DNA of 64,000 nucleotides from Octopus vulgaris. Lineage: Eukaryota. A program made the translations under genes and the position numbers. Positions within the stretch are counted from its first letter, which is position 1; every line of letters begins with the position of its first letter. Positions 1 to 11,772 of the stretch are shown here, piece after piece. The stretch spans positions 9,486,001-9,550,000 of the forward strand of contig OX597836.1 of NCBI GenBank assembly GCA_951406725.2. Reading direction: 5' to 3'. The notes under the pieces were generated by a model, which saw nothing but the letters and a program-made list of their open reading frames with translations, made no database searches and was not told where the DNA came from.

Positions 1-278
1 GTGTGTATTGTGGAAAGTTTCTGACCTACCTCATATCACTCTTAGTGTACTGTGACACAACTATTAAGTTGACAATTTTCAGGTCGTTAGCATATCAAGT
101 TGGGAAATACTTGTTGCCATGATTAAGAGCATTTCAGGTTTTTGAAAGCAGTGAAATGTCCCACCTGAAAATATTAATGTTTTGTGTATATACTTTCTCC
201 CACCCTGCTTTGTTACATTATATATCCAACACACAAGGACATACAAATATATAAACAGTTGTATATAGATATAAATAC

Positions 279-659
279 CTAATTTAAACATACCTATTTT
301 ACACATACTTAAGGGTTTAAAAAAATTAAAATATAGTTTATTGTATTGAATGTTGATAAAATCATATAAGGGCCTGATGATTGGGGTGGCATCTTGAGAG
401 GGGTTCCAGGTTTATCTCGCCAAATAAAAAGAATTTTTATTTTTATTTTAAATACCTACTGTTTTATTACTTGGCAACACGTGTTTCATGAGGTACATCC
501 TCGGGTTCCTAAACTGCTCCATGTTTCCCTGGAACCCCTCTCAAGATGCCACCCCAATCATCAGGCCCTTATATAGTTTTATCAACATTCAATACAATAA
601 ACTATATTTTAATTTTTTTAAACCCTTAAGTATGTGTAAAATAGGTATGTTTAAATTAG
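279..659. repeat. Long inverted repeat (132-bp arms 279-410 and 528-659, 117-bp spacer)
   Basis: Arms are reverse complements with about 2 mismatches (CTAATTTAAACATACC...GGTTCCAGG / CCTGGAACC...GGTATGTTTAAATTAG). Confidence 0.95.
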
Positions 660-780
660 TTTCACTGGACTCTACAGTACAAGCAATAATTCAGATAAAA
701 ATTCAAAGAAAGATAAAAAGTTACAGAAATAAAAGTTACATGAATAAAGTAAGGAATAAAAAAAAAAAATATAGGAAAAT

Positions 781-1046
781 TTACAAAAACTATGTTATTA
801 ATATATAGTGTTCCAAATAAAATTAAATTTAGAAACACTATGTTAATAATATATAGTGTTCCAAATAAAATTAAATTTAGAAACACTATGTTAATAATAT
901 ATAGTGTTCCAAATAAAATTAAATTTACAAATACTATGTTAATAATATATAGTGTTCCAAATAAAATTAAATTTACAAAAACTATGTTAATAATATATAG
1001 TGTTCCAAATAAAATTAAATTTACAAAAACTATGTTAATAATATAT
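781..1046. repeat. 48-bp minisatellite, about 5.5 units
   Basis: Unit ACTATGTTAATAATATATAGTGTTCCAAATAAAATTAAATTTASAAAH; produces the 16-aa periodic ORFs 792-1076 and 662-1105. Confidence 0.95.
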
Positions 1047-1157
1047 AAAAAATGTGAATTATATAAAACAGAATAACGTAAGCTTTTACATTTTACTTTT
1101 GACAAACTTTTTCTAAAAAAGTCGAACCTTTTAAAATTGCATTTTCAAATTTTCTTT

Positions 1158-1223
<66 letters not shown>

Positions 1224-1314
1224 TTCTCAATTGAAACCGTCCAATGAATAGATTTTTGCGAAAATTTTTATGTATTTGCAGCTTTAATAATAAAGTACAT
1301 ACATACATACATAC

Positions 1315-2200
1315 ATGCAGCCTACAAGAAACTCTGAAAATCTTCCCTGCTTGAACTTCCATAAGGCAAACTGGAAACAAATTGAGAAAGAGATCCTCAA
1401 ACAAAACAGGTGTAAATGTTTCTCCCCAGCAGACATCGACATGAAACTTCAACAATTCATGTTTGTAATGCAAGCCATATGTTACAAATGTGTCCCAGAG
1501 AGAAAGGCCACTGTACACCAGAACAAAATCCCCAGGGAGAGGAAAATTCTTATAAGACGGCATACAAAAGTCTCAAATCGCCTAAACAAACAAATTGAAA
1601 GCAGTGAAATGTCCCACCTGAAAATACAACTGCTGGAGATTGAAAAAAGTCTGCTGCTCCCCCATGCAAAAGAAAGAGCAGACAAAGAAGCCTGGGCTTT
1701 AGACAATATAAAATATTACCCCAGAGCTTTCTACAAGTTTGCCAAGACTCAAGAGATTAAGACTCTATTCCTTAGAGCATAGGCAAGAAAGATATGCCAT
1801 AATATACATCTGGAAGATCCTGGAAGGACTTGTCTCAAACTTTGGCATCACTGCATAGTGCCAACGACCCCAAATTTGCCACCAAGATGTTGGACAAGAT
1901 ACTGCAATAGCCTGGGCTTCAGAGGTCCACAGCTCTTCAATATCCTCCTGAAGGACCTGAGAGACCTGCATGGGGTGGATGTAGGTGTCTTCAAAATAAT
2001 GCTGGACCTCTTCCTGTCAAGTGTCCCAGATGAACCAACTTTGCAGCAAGAGGTGCAGATGAGGGCAGCTGCATCAAACTCTCTCATGCACCAAATGTCA
2101 ATTCCTAAAAAGCATTCACGAAGGAAGTAAAATTATGTAGCAACACCAAATGGCCGTGCCCCAGCATGGCCACAGCTCATGAGCTGAAACTAGATAAAAT
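1315..2200 (+). mobile_element. Internally deleted CR1/L2-group LINE fragment (post-endonuclease linker fused to ORF2 C-terminus and 3' tail)
   Basis: LNFHKANWKQIE linker motif and C-terminal NSLGFRGPQLFNILLKDLR...FKIMLDLFLSSVPDEP; no RT core between them; A-rich tail. Confidence 0.75.
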
Positions 2201-2539
2201 AAAAAAATATATATATATTACACACATGGGCATGCGTACACGTACGTATGCAGACGTACGTGCGTATGTATATATATGTGTGTGTGTGCACATGCGTGTT
2301 TGTGTGCATATAAGCATGTATTTATGGGCATGCACGTGTGTGCATATATATATATATATATATATGTGTATGTATGCATATATATGCTTGTGTGTGTATT
2401 TGTGTGCATGCATGAATATGTGTGTATATGTGTAAATATATAGATATATATATATATATATATGTATATATATCGATTTATATGTGTATATATATATATG
2501 TATATATATCGATTTATATGTGTATATATATATATTTAC

Positions 2540-2571
<32 letters not shown>

Positions 2572-3264
2572 AATATTATTAAAAGGAATAATAATATCCT
2601 CAAAAATATATGTTGATACAATATTTTCAAGGTAATCCAAACTGGTGAAATTCCAGCTGAACATCTGAAAATTTTTTAGCAATTAATACACACTAACAAA
2701 AAGAAATGACAAAATCAAATTCAACTTAAGACATTCATTCATTCAACCATTAGTGATGTCACTGAATAACTAATTTGTTTTGTAGAAATAGAAATTTTAA
2801 TTTGAACGAAAATAAAATCAAAAGAAGAATAACATTAAGAATGAAAATAACAAATAAACTTATTTAAGAAAAGTCATTCAATTATTTGAGACTTCACATT
2901 GATGATGAAATCCAAATAAGAGATACAAACCACCTTACTAATTCTACATTATGAGAATCTGAAATCTACACAGAAAAATAACCTAAAAAATTAGTATTTT
3001 TACATACATTTATTGATGATATCACTGGATAACTAAAGAATAAAAATTACAGATAAGATTTCTATATTATACTTATTAGAAGCTTATATACTTTACTTTG
3101 TGATAATTAATCATCTGTTTACTCATTATATTAAAAACCCTTTTATAAGAATTAACCGTATTATATAAGAATTAAAAAAATATTCTAATTTATAATGGAA
3201 ATATTTGAATATCTTTCTAAATTTATGGCAACGTCTTAAAGTAAAGTATTCATTGAAATTTAAT

Positions 3265-4040
3265 ATATTTCAGTCGGTTTTCAATCTATCTCCATCATTT
3301 CATAAGAATTTTCCTCCCTCTAAGGTTCTTGTTTTTATGCATGTTGGCCTTGTGGTTTGACGCTAGTCTTGGATCCCAACTTAATAAGAGCTTTCTATGT
3401 ATGGACCAAAAATCCTTATAGATATACAGCCTATGATTTAGGATAGATTTGTCATATAAGGCTTGAATTATGGGCTTGAAATATTTGAGTTTCATGTCAA
3501 TGTCTATTGTGGAGAGACATTTACACCAATCCTGTTTGAGGGTCTCTTTCTCAATTGATTTCCAGTTAGCTCTATGAAAGTTCACACTGGAAAGATTTCC
3601 AGTGCTTTGTATAGGCTGTATATCTTTAAGGACTTTTGGTGCATACATAGACAGCTTTATTATGTTGGGATCCAGGTCTAGTGTCATTATCACTTTCACA
3701 TTATGGATGACGTCCATATTGTTTGTGAATGAGAGATCCAATATATTATTTGCATTGGTTGGCTGGAGCATAATTTGCTCCATGAATGAAGCATTGGTAA
3801 GGTTGAGCAGAAACCCCACCTGTGCTCGTTAGCAGTGTTCCATTCCTAAGAGCATTACGCCCTCTGGCCATCCCACATTAGGGAAGCTGAAGTCACCCAA
3901 AAGGAAGACGTTGATGTGTTGCTCCAGTATGGTGAGAAGTTCCATCTTTGCGAAGTAGTCTTCAAATTTGTCTGTGTGATTTGGAGCATCTTGTTTGAGG
4001 GATTTCCATCAGAAATTTTCAAGGCTTGCAGAAACAATTG
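3265..4040 (-). mobile_element. LINE fragment of the same family (APE endonuclease C-terminus and linker), degenerate
   Basis: QIMLQPTNANNILDLSFTNN endonuclease motif and NFHRANWKSIEKETLKQDWCKCLSTIDIDMKL, homologous to 1315-1782. Confidence 0.75.
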
Positions 4041-4273
4041 CAGTACCTTGATTGTCCAATTTCACGACGTCTTTGCTGTATAAACCTAAAGAGAAAGAGA
4101 TGGAGAGATAGAGAAAGACAGGGAGTCAGAGAAGGAGAGTGAGGAGAGAGGGGAGAGAGAAAGAGAGTGAGATGAAAAGCAGTATGAAAGTGCAGATAAG
4201 TACTACTTATCAAGTACTACTTAAAAAGAAAGTTCATGCAATGCTTATGAATGACAGTTTTTGTAAAACCTAA

Positions 4274-4750
4274 CCGGCTTCCGTGCCAGTGGCAAGTAAA
4301 AGGGCACCATTCACGCGTGATCGTTACCAGTGTTGCCTTACTGGTACTTGTGCCCGTGCTAGTAGGGTGCCAAGAGCACCATCCAAGCGTGATCGCTGCT
4401 AGAGCAGCCAACTGGCTTCCGTGCCAGTGGCACGTAAAAGGGCGCCATTCGTGCATGATCGTTACCAATGTCACTTCACTGGCACCTGTGCTGGTGGCAT
4501 GTGTAAACGGATTCGAGTGAGGTCGTTGCCAGTACCGCCTGACTGGTCACCGTGCCGGTGGCATGTAAAAAGCACCCACTACACTCTCGGAGTGGTTGGC
4601 ATTAGGAAGGGCATCCAGCTGTAGAAACTCTGCCAGATCAAGATTGGAGCCTGGTGCAGCCATCTGGTTCGCCAGTCCTCAGTCAAAATCGTCCAACCCA
4701 TGCTAGCATGGAAAGCGGATGTTAAACGATGATGATGATGATGATGATGA
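4274..4750 (+). mobile_element. RTE-LINE 3' tail / RTE-related short retroposon ending in (GAT)n
   Basis: GGCACGTAAAA repeats, TTAGGAAGGGCATCCAGCTGTAGAAAC core and (GAT)n tail, same as the 3' end of the RTE at 17150-19820. Duplicated at about 29077-29545. Confidence 0.85.
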
Positions 4751-6016
4751 TACGAACACACAGACACAAATACTATGCGCATGCACTCAGACACTACACC
4801 TTGCTAGCACTCACACACACACTCTCTTTGTACACATTGTAAATAAAGTCTTCTTCTCTCACAAACAGTAGAACGGTTGTCGTCCTTCATTTATTCCTTT
4901 GGCTCTGTATTTGGCTTTCATATTTTGTTAGGGGCGACCGTGCTGCATTTTAAAGGAGACATTTGTCACCAGCTCCATACGTATGGTCGTATTCCCTACA
5001 GCATATATGTATTTTCACAAATGTCAAAATGTTTGACTAGGGTCTTGTTGATTATCTATCACTAAGGTGAAAACAAATTATGGTTAACAATGTAGGGAAT
5101 TATCCAACTGCAATTGATCTAGGTAGTAGAATGTCTGGATATGGTCTAATACATTGTCTATTACTAAGGTAAGACCAAATTATGGTTAACCAAAGTAGGG
5201 AATTAGCTAGCATACAAGAACGATTTGGATTAAAATGCTGGCATTAATGGGTCGTAAGTATTCTTATAAACAGCAGAATGTCTGATGGTAGTCTAATTTT
5301 AACAATCATTTTTCCATGTTTGCATGGGGTGAGCAAATTTACTATTTACAGATTTTCTACGACTGGATGCCCATCCTGTCACCAACCCTTATCTGTTTCA
5401 GTTTAGTATTTCTCCATATTCAGACATATTGGCTTTAAATTATGGTAGAGGGCAGGCCTTTCTGAGGGGAGGGGGAACTTGGATGCATCAACCCCAGTAC
5501 ATGACTGGTACTTATTTTATTGACTCGGAAAGGATTATGGTTAAAGTGAACGTCGGCAGAATTTGAGCTCAGAGTGTAAAGACGGACAAAATACCGCTAA
5601 GCATTTTGTCTGGCATGCTAACAGTTCTGCCAGCTCAGCATCTTCCCATGGTCAGACAGATTTTCACACAACACTGGAAACGAAGAAGGATATTCATTTA
5701 CAATAATCATACACTGTCAAGATAAGGAGACATAAACATGCACACACCCACACTCATGCATAGTATTAATAGAATAGAAGACAAGTAAGCTGTAGTTGAA
5801 GAGCCTTGCCCTAGGTGCCATGCAGTGGGACTGAACCTGAAACTTTGTGGTTGAGAGGCAAACTCCTTAGCCATACAGCCATGCCGGTACCTATAAGCTA
5901 GTAAAAACTGAAAAACTAAAAATTGCAATAGAAGACTTTTTTTCTATTTGTTTCTGGTATTTTATTACAAAGTTGTCATATTTTCACTTACGTTTATTTC
6001 TTTTCATCATTTCTAG

Positions 6017-7174
6017 ATTCGAGTTCTTGGATTCATTGCTGTGGTCAGCATCTTCTTTCTACTGTTTGCCTGGAAGCAATATTCTGCGAATAAAGAATAT
6101 ACAGGGACAACATTAAACAAACACAACCAAAAGTTTATAAATAATTCTAAGGAATTTCCAAATAATCAAGTGCATCATATAAATAACAAAACTGTAAGCA
6201 AAGAGAAACAGGAATTGGTTCAGTTAAACAACAAAACTAAATATATTATTTATTACTGTGTTAATAATATAGAGTGTGGCGGTTGGGGAGATAGGCAGCA
6301 TGGAATAGTCTCTGTATATTTAATGGCACAGGCCATGGGTCGTCGTTTTGGCATCATTATTTCAAAACCTTGTAATTTTGCAAAATATCTTCAACCTAAC
6401 AAAATTAACTGGACAATTGACCCAAAAGAGTTGCATGGCCTAAAAAGTCATCACCTACGTTTGACTGGAAATAAAGGGTACATATCTGCTTTACAATCAG
6501 TAGACTTAGAAAGACGCCACCCTCAAAATGTCCTCTATGTGACAACAAATTATATCTATTTTCACAGCTTAATAGAGAATCCTCGCTACAAAAAACAACT
6601 TCTTTGGTCATCACAAATGCCATATGGAAATGTATTTGCTAAAATAATGAATTTAATGTTTCGATTCAATGATCATTTTCAAGAAGCGTTTGACAAATTC
6701 TTTGAAGTCAATATCCCCAACCCAAATATGCATTTGGTGTGTGCTCAGATTCGAATTGGACGGAACCCCACAATGCCACATGATGACCGAAGGATGTCAA
6801 TGTCAAGTGTTCAATCTCTCTGGAACTTCTTAAGTAAATACAAAAACACCAGCAAGTACAAAATGTTTGTGACAACAGACTCAGAAAAGGTACAGAAGAT
6901 AGCTTTAAAAAAATTTTCTCCTCAAATCGTGTACAACCCTGGGGAAATACTTCATGTGGATCAACCAAGTGGAAATGTGAAAAATAGGTGTGAAGGTTTA
7001 AGGAAGGTCATTATGGACCAACATATTCTGACTAAATGTGATACGTTGATAATAAGCCGAAGTAATTTTGGTGAAAATGCTATGATGATGAGCCAAAAAG
7101 ACAACAAAGTGTATTATTTTAAAGAAGGAAATATAACAAGGATCGACAAAAAAAAATTTTTTCGTAACAGGTAA
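6017..7174 (+). CDS. Terminal coding exon of a fucosyltransferase-superfamily (GT-B; alpha1,2/alpha1,6/O-FucT-like) type II membrane protein, copy A
   Basis: Pyrimidine-rich acceptor TTTCATCATTTCTAG|ATT in frame; hydrophobic anchor IRVLGFIAVVSIFFLLFAW; motifs CGGWGDRQHGI, VCAQIRIG (motif I), MFVTTDS (motif II), DQHILTKCD..IISRSNFG (motif III); AATAAA at about 7292. Start exon is upstream of the window. Confidence 0.9.
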   Translation: MRVLGFIAVVSIFFLLFAWKQYSANKEYTGTTLNKHNQKFINNSKEFPNNQVHHINNKTVSKEKQELVQLNNKTKYIIYYCVNNIECGGWGDRQHGIVSVYLMAQAMGRRFGIIISKPCNFAKYLQPNKINWTIDPKELHGLKSHHLRLTGNKGYISALQSVDLERRHPQNVLYVTTNYIYFHSLIENPRYKKQLLWSSQMPYGNVFAKIMNLMFRFNDHFQEAFDKFFEVNIPNPNMHLVCAQIRIGRNPTMPHDDRRMSMSSVQSLWNFLSKYKNTSKYKMFVTTDSEKVQKIALKKFSPQIVYNPGEILHVDQPSGNVKNRCEGLRKVIMDQHILTKCDTLIISRSNFGENAMMMSQKDNKVYYFKEGNITRIDKKKFFRNR

Positions 7175-7440
7175 AATACTTGGTTGTGAGACAGGATTTT
7201 TTTGACACCCAGAATCTGAAAGTGACATCCATGTATCATCATCATGTCAAGATCTTAAGATACTGGATGCATAGAATTTCATTGGTCTTTCAATAAAACA
7301 GATTATGAGGAATAAGGTATAACATACAAACATACATAGCAATTGATTTTCCTTCAAAACCAGAATGTTTTCTTGAAATTCTACTGAAGAACTAATAAAA
7401 ATCTTCAAATTACTATAGGCAAATTATATCATTTACATAT

Positions 7441-7519
7441 GCCCACGGGCATATAGTGTAAGGGTTTTGAGCATGAGCTATTAACCCCAAGATTCCAAGT
7501 TCGATTCCAGGCAGTGACC
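7441..7519 (+). mobile_element. Degenerate tRNA-like SINE head
   Basis: B-box-like GTTCGATTCC followed by AGGCAGTGACC; no complete cloverleaf. Duplicated at about 32218-32296. Confidence 0.5.
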
Positions 7520-7527
7520 CAAGAAAC

Positions 7528-8209
7528 ACAATTTCTAGTTAACTAAACACTTTAAAACTTCGTATACTGGTAGAATTATTTTCACTTGGCTTTCTTGATA
7601 AATTTGTAATCCGTTTGTTTAACGTAGTTTAATTTTTCGAATTTTAACCAATCCTATGCTCTCTTTTGAGCTAAAATCATTTGCTGCATCTAAAACTGAG
7701 ACAACATCCTGTAACCCTCCCCCTCCCCCTAACCCTAAATCTTTTTTTTCTTAATTGTTAAATTAATTTGTTACGCGTGTAAAAAAAAAACTAAAGCAAT
7801 GGAAAATAATTTGGATCTTTTCCTTTTGATGGACGGAATTTTCTAGTTAACTAAACAATTTGAAACTTCGTATACTGGTAGAATGTGTCAAAAGAAAACA
7901 TTAATTTCACTTAGCTTTTTTGAGAAAATTGTATTTTGTAAGTTTTAGGTAGTTTAATTCTTCGAATTTTAACCAATCGTATTCTCTGTTTTGAGCTGAA
8001 ATCATTTTCCACTTCTAAACATACTGTTACTGTGACATAAACAGCTATTTTGTGACGTAGTTAACGTAAACAGTTAAATTCGTTTGAAAAGCTTGACATC
8101 CTAAACAGCTAAATTCGTTTGGAAAGCCTAAAATTAGTGTTTAAATTATTTTCCATTGTTTGCATTGCTTTATAGAATTTGAAAGTTATTCGTTTTGTAT
8201 AAAATTATT
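7528..8209. repeat. Unclassified interspersed repeat with internal duplication and a CCCTAA dimer
   Basis: TTTCTAGTTAACTAAACA...AAACTTCGTATACTGGTAGAAT occurs twice (about 7532 and 7840); CCCTAACCCTAA at about 7727. Confidence 0.5.
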
Positions 8210-9261
8210 ATTCATTTTGTTTGTGTTTATGTTTGTGCATGCCTTGTTATGGTTTATGTTAGGGTTACGTAAAATTCGTTTGTACATTCCCTGTTGGTCT
8301 ATTTCATATCACTTTTTTATCAACTACGTATAACTTCTTACATCATAAATTATTACTTAATCAAATTAATGTATATCTTTGTGTGTGTAGAGAGAGAGCG
8401 ATCATTGCATGCGTCTGTCTACCATAGTCGTGTGTAGCACTTTAATTTTCTCTCTCTCTTTCTCCTTTTATAAATATATATGTGCACAACAAACATGCCT
8501 ACACACGTACTGTTTACTTTGGATGAATAATAAACACATATTCAGTGTTTTTGTATAGGCTTCGGGTGTTTTCTCTATACAATGTATATATTTACTATAA
8601 ACTTGTGCACACGCTTTGATTCTTCAGTTTGACACACGCTTTGATTCAGTTATTTGGCTTGTATGCACCCACATACACACACACGTACCCATCCATACGC
8701 ATACTCGCACATAATCAGGGCCCCTCTGTATTTTCGCTCGTCGATGTGCTAGGAATAACACCCAAATCCCCTTAAAACCATATACTACTGGGTTAAAGGA
8801 AGGGTACATTGGCTAATATAATCATAGATGCTATATCTGAAAAAAAATGGGGGGAGGGGCACAAAAATACGGGTTGGTCATAGTTGGAACCCTTTGATCC
8901 TCAACCGGGTTTACCAGGATGACCTGAGTTAAATAGCAATAACAATATATTTGTAATATTGATTATAGACACAAAGCATATATTTTGGGGTGAGTGGAGG
9001 GTATAATCATTTATAACGATCTCCAATTCTTGATCAATGTATTTTCTCAACTGTGGAAGAACAGACGGCTTGTTTTGAATTCTGGTGAGGGTTGAAACCC
9101 GAACGTATAGGACCATATCCCTAAACATTCTAACAGTCCTTTACCAAGCCCTTGTCAGCATGTAATATCATCTGATCCACATTATCTCTCTATTATTTGT
9201 CCACGTGTAAAAATATATCATCAAGGTGACATAGTTAAACTTTGACGAAAAAATATAATGT

Positions 9262-9640
9262 AAAGCTGGCAGAATCGGTAGTGCATCGGATAAAATGCCT
9301 AACGTCATTTCTTACGAATCTTTACGTTCCGTGTTCGAATATTGCTGAGCTTTCCTTCTTTCGGGCGGCGCTTATAGAATAAGTACCAGTTGAATACAAT
9401 CGACTAGTTCTTCCCATCAGCTTCAGGCCTTGTACTTACTGGGGAAAGAAATATTATTAAGGAAGGGGGTGGGGCAAGCTGGCAAAATCGTTCGTGCGTC
9501 GGACAAAATACCTTGTGGCATTTCTTCCGACACTTCACATTACCGTCGTCGTCAACTTTACCTTTCATGATCAATTAAGTACCAGTCAATGTAATCGATT
9601 AAGCCCTCCTCCCAAATTGTTGGTCTTGTGCCAAAATTTT
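9262..9640 (+). mobile_element. Two diverged copies of SINE family B (GAGCTGGCAGAA head)
   Basis: AGCTGGCAGAATCG...TAAGTACCAG...AATCGA motifs shared with the intact copy at 44936-45159. Confidence 0.65.
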
Positions 9641-9799
9641 GTGCAATTTTATTTTTTATATCGAAACTAAATATATAGTTTTAGCTCTCAAGGTGAACTC
9701 CAAGCAATTACCTATGATGAAAGGTATTCTAGGTTTGACCATCCCAAGTGTGACACCTACTCCAAAGGCACGATGAAGTGGTGGGCAGTTAAAATGTTT

Positions 9800-11772
9800 T
9801 AAAACGTAGATTTTTCAGAAAAATAAGATTTAATGCGAATTACATGTATTTTAGAGTGACGATGTCTTGCAAACAACTTGCACATGCAAGTGCTACCAGT
9901 TAAAAGCTCCATATACCGGAAGCTATCAAGTGTATGGGGTCGTCAGGAGAGAATGCGCGCCGTTTCGGGGCCTACCTCATGACAGCATCAATGCGCACCG
10001 GCCCCCCTCACTGATATGAGGCCCCGCTTGCTAGATCAGCTGGTTATGAAGAACTCAATATACTTCTAGCCATCGCTCATCGTCTCTTTTTAGCCAAATC
10101 CAGTGGCTAGCCTTCTCCACTGTAGATTGGATATCAGTCATGATGGTATTGACTTTACGATGAGTTAGGCCTAGCGATAACAACAGTCGTCTCACGCTGT
10201 GTCCAATAAACTCTCTACATCCGACTTCGATAGGAAAAAGTTCAGCTTTCTACCCTGCATCTTCACATTTCTCGAGGAGGTTTTCATAACGGTTCAATTT
10301 TCGAGCCCGAGCGGCGTCCATATTATCTTCATGAGGAACCGTTAGCTCGACTATATTTACAACTTTCTTTCTTCCACACCACATCAAAATATCTGGTTTT
10401 TTCGAAACTGGGATGGGAAAGAAAACCTGGCACCCAGGTAAATCTGCAGTTACCTCCCAATAGCCGTTCCACTTTTCATTTTTCTCAAGAAGTTTCTTGA
10501 TCTTCTTCTTGAAACGGATCCGCTGATCTGGTCGCACGAAGGTAATGAAATCTCTTGATGGTACTTTCAACGATTTTTCCTCAGTGTTGTTGAGATGAAT
10601 TTGGTTCTTTATAGCATTGAAGATAACCTTAAGGACCAAGTTGTGCCTCCATGTGTATCTGTTCAATGCTAATGAACAGTTGGAAAGAATATGTTTTAGT
10701 GTACCGACCTTTCCACATTTACAGATGTCATTCTCTAAGACGTTCCATCTTACTAGATTCGTAGGTGATGGCAAAACATCATAAGACGAACAAATGAGGA
10801 AACTCAGCCGAGATGTCGTCCACTTCCACATCTCATCCCAACTTATCTTCCTCTCAACAACATGTTCTTCACATCTCGTCATCTGACCTTGATGAACACA
10901 TCGGATCAAATGAAGCTCTCTTCTCTCTGCTTCTCTTGTTTTGACGCTGTTGCTAACAACAGATCTGCGTTCACTCCGCATCATGCTTGCAAACGGTCTG
11001 AACTGATCTGCGCCAAAACCAAGTCCTTTCCAATGGTTCTGCATTGCTCCCACCATATCTCTGTGTATAAGAGAAGACAAGATGTCGTCAGTTTCTGCTT
11101 CTGCTTTCCACTTCCTGGCTGTTTTCACCTCTGGTGGGTTACGCCTGATTTCCATATCCTTCGATTCTCTCAGCATCATGACCGTCCGTATCTTCCCCAG
11201 CTTATATATTTCGACTATTGATGCTATTGGTAGCTGCAACGAACCTCTTTTACGATAAAGAGCTGAGCTGTTCAACATACGAGGTAGACCTAGCCACTTT
11301 CTAATGAACACATTACATTTTTGTTCAATCCTTTCAACTTGTGACAAAGCTATTTCGTATATTAAAAGTGGCCACGCAAGTCGCGGGTACAAGCCGAACT
11401 GCAAGCACCAAATTTTATATTTACCTGGTAACTTCGAAACATCAATCGCTGATAACCCAGCCTCGGCCTGTTTCATAATTTCAATCCCACAACTTCTGTC
11501 TGACAATGTTCCAGTGTATACTCATCCCAAGCTCTTGACGGGCTCTTCCTTGACTGTTGGAACGCTTTCTTCAGATATTTGAAACTTAAATTCTTTCTGC
11601 ACTCCCTTAACAAATGTCAGACTACGCGACTTTTTTTGCTCTAAATCGCATCCTTGACCACCTTACAAGTTCGTATAATCTCAAGAGGGCATTCTGCATG
11701 ATTTGTTTATCTGTAGCTAGAAGTGTCATGTCATCCATGAAGGCTTTCTTAGGCGATTGTACATGGGTGAAA
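9800..11772 (-). mobile_element. 5'-truncated Hero-like (R2 group, restriction-like endonuclease) non-LTR retrotransposon, pseudogenised
   Basis: RT motif KAFMDDMTLL near 11750, CCHC knuckle CKCGKVGTLKHILSNC, YTWRHN, RLE motif KPDIL...VELTVPHE..ARKLNRY; stops and frameshift flank ORF 10250-11506. 3' boundary approximate. Confidence 0.85.

Larger units (their letters stand above)
1..8209. repeat. Segmental duplication, copy A (continues upstream of window)
   Basis: Nearly base-for-base match to 24924-32985 (paired ORFs e.g. 1315/26114, 6041/30818); homology ends after ...GTATAAAATTATT at 8209. Confidence 0.97.

Noticed and set aside
662-1105. Periodic 147-aa and 94-aa ORFs; array superficially CRISPR-like
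   Set aside because: Head-to-tail 48-bp minisatellite without unique spacers; ORFs are translation artefacts; eukaryotic context.
2166-2616. Y/I/C/V/H/T-rich ORFs (also at 26965-27436 and many others)
   Set aside because: Translations of (TA)n/(CA)n microsatellites.
6041-6043. GTG start of the 377-aa ORF (and TTG starts at 39173, 42590)
   Set aside because: Prokaryotic-style starts; each lies just downstream of a splice acceptor.
7727-7738. CCCTAACCCTAA telomere-like motif
   Set aside because: Only two units inside an interspersed repeat.
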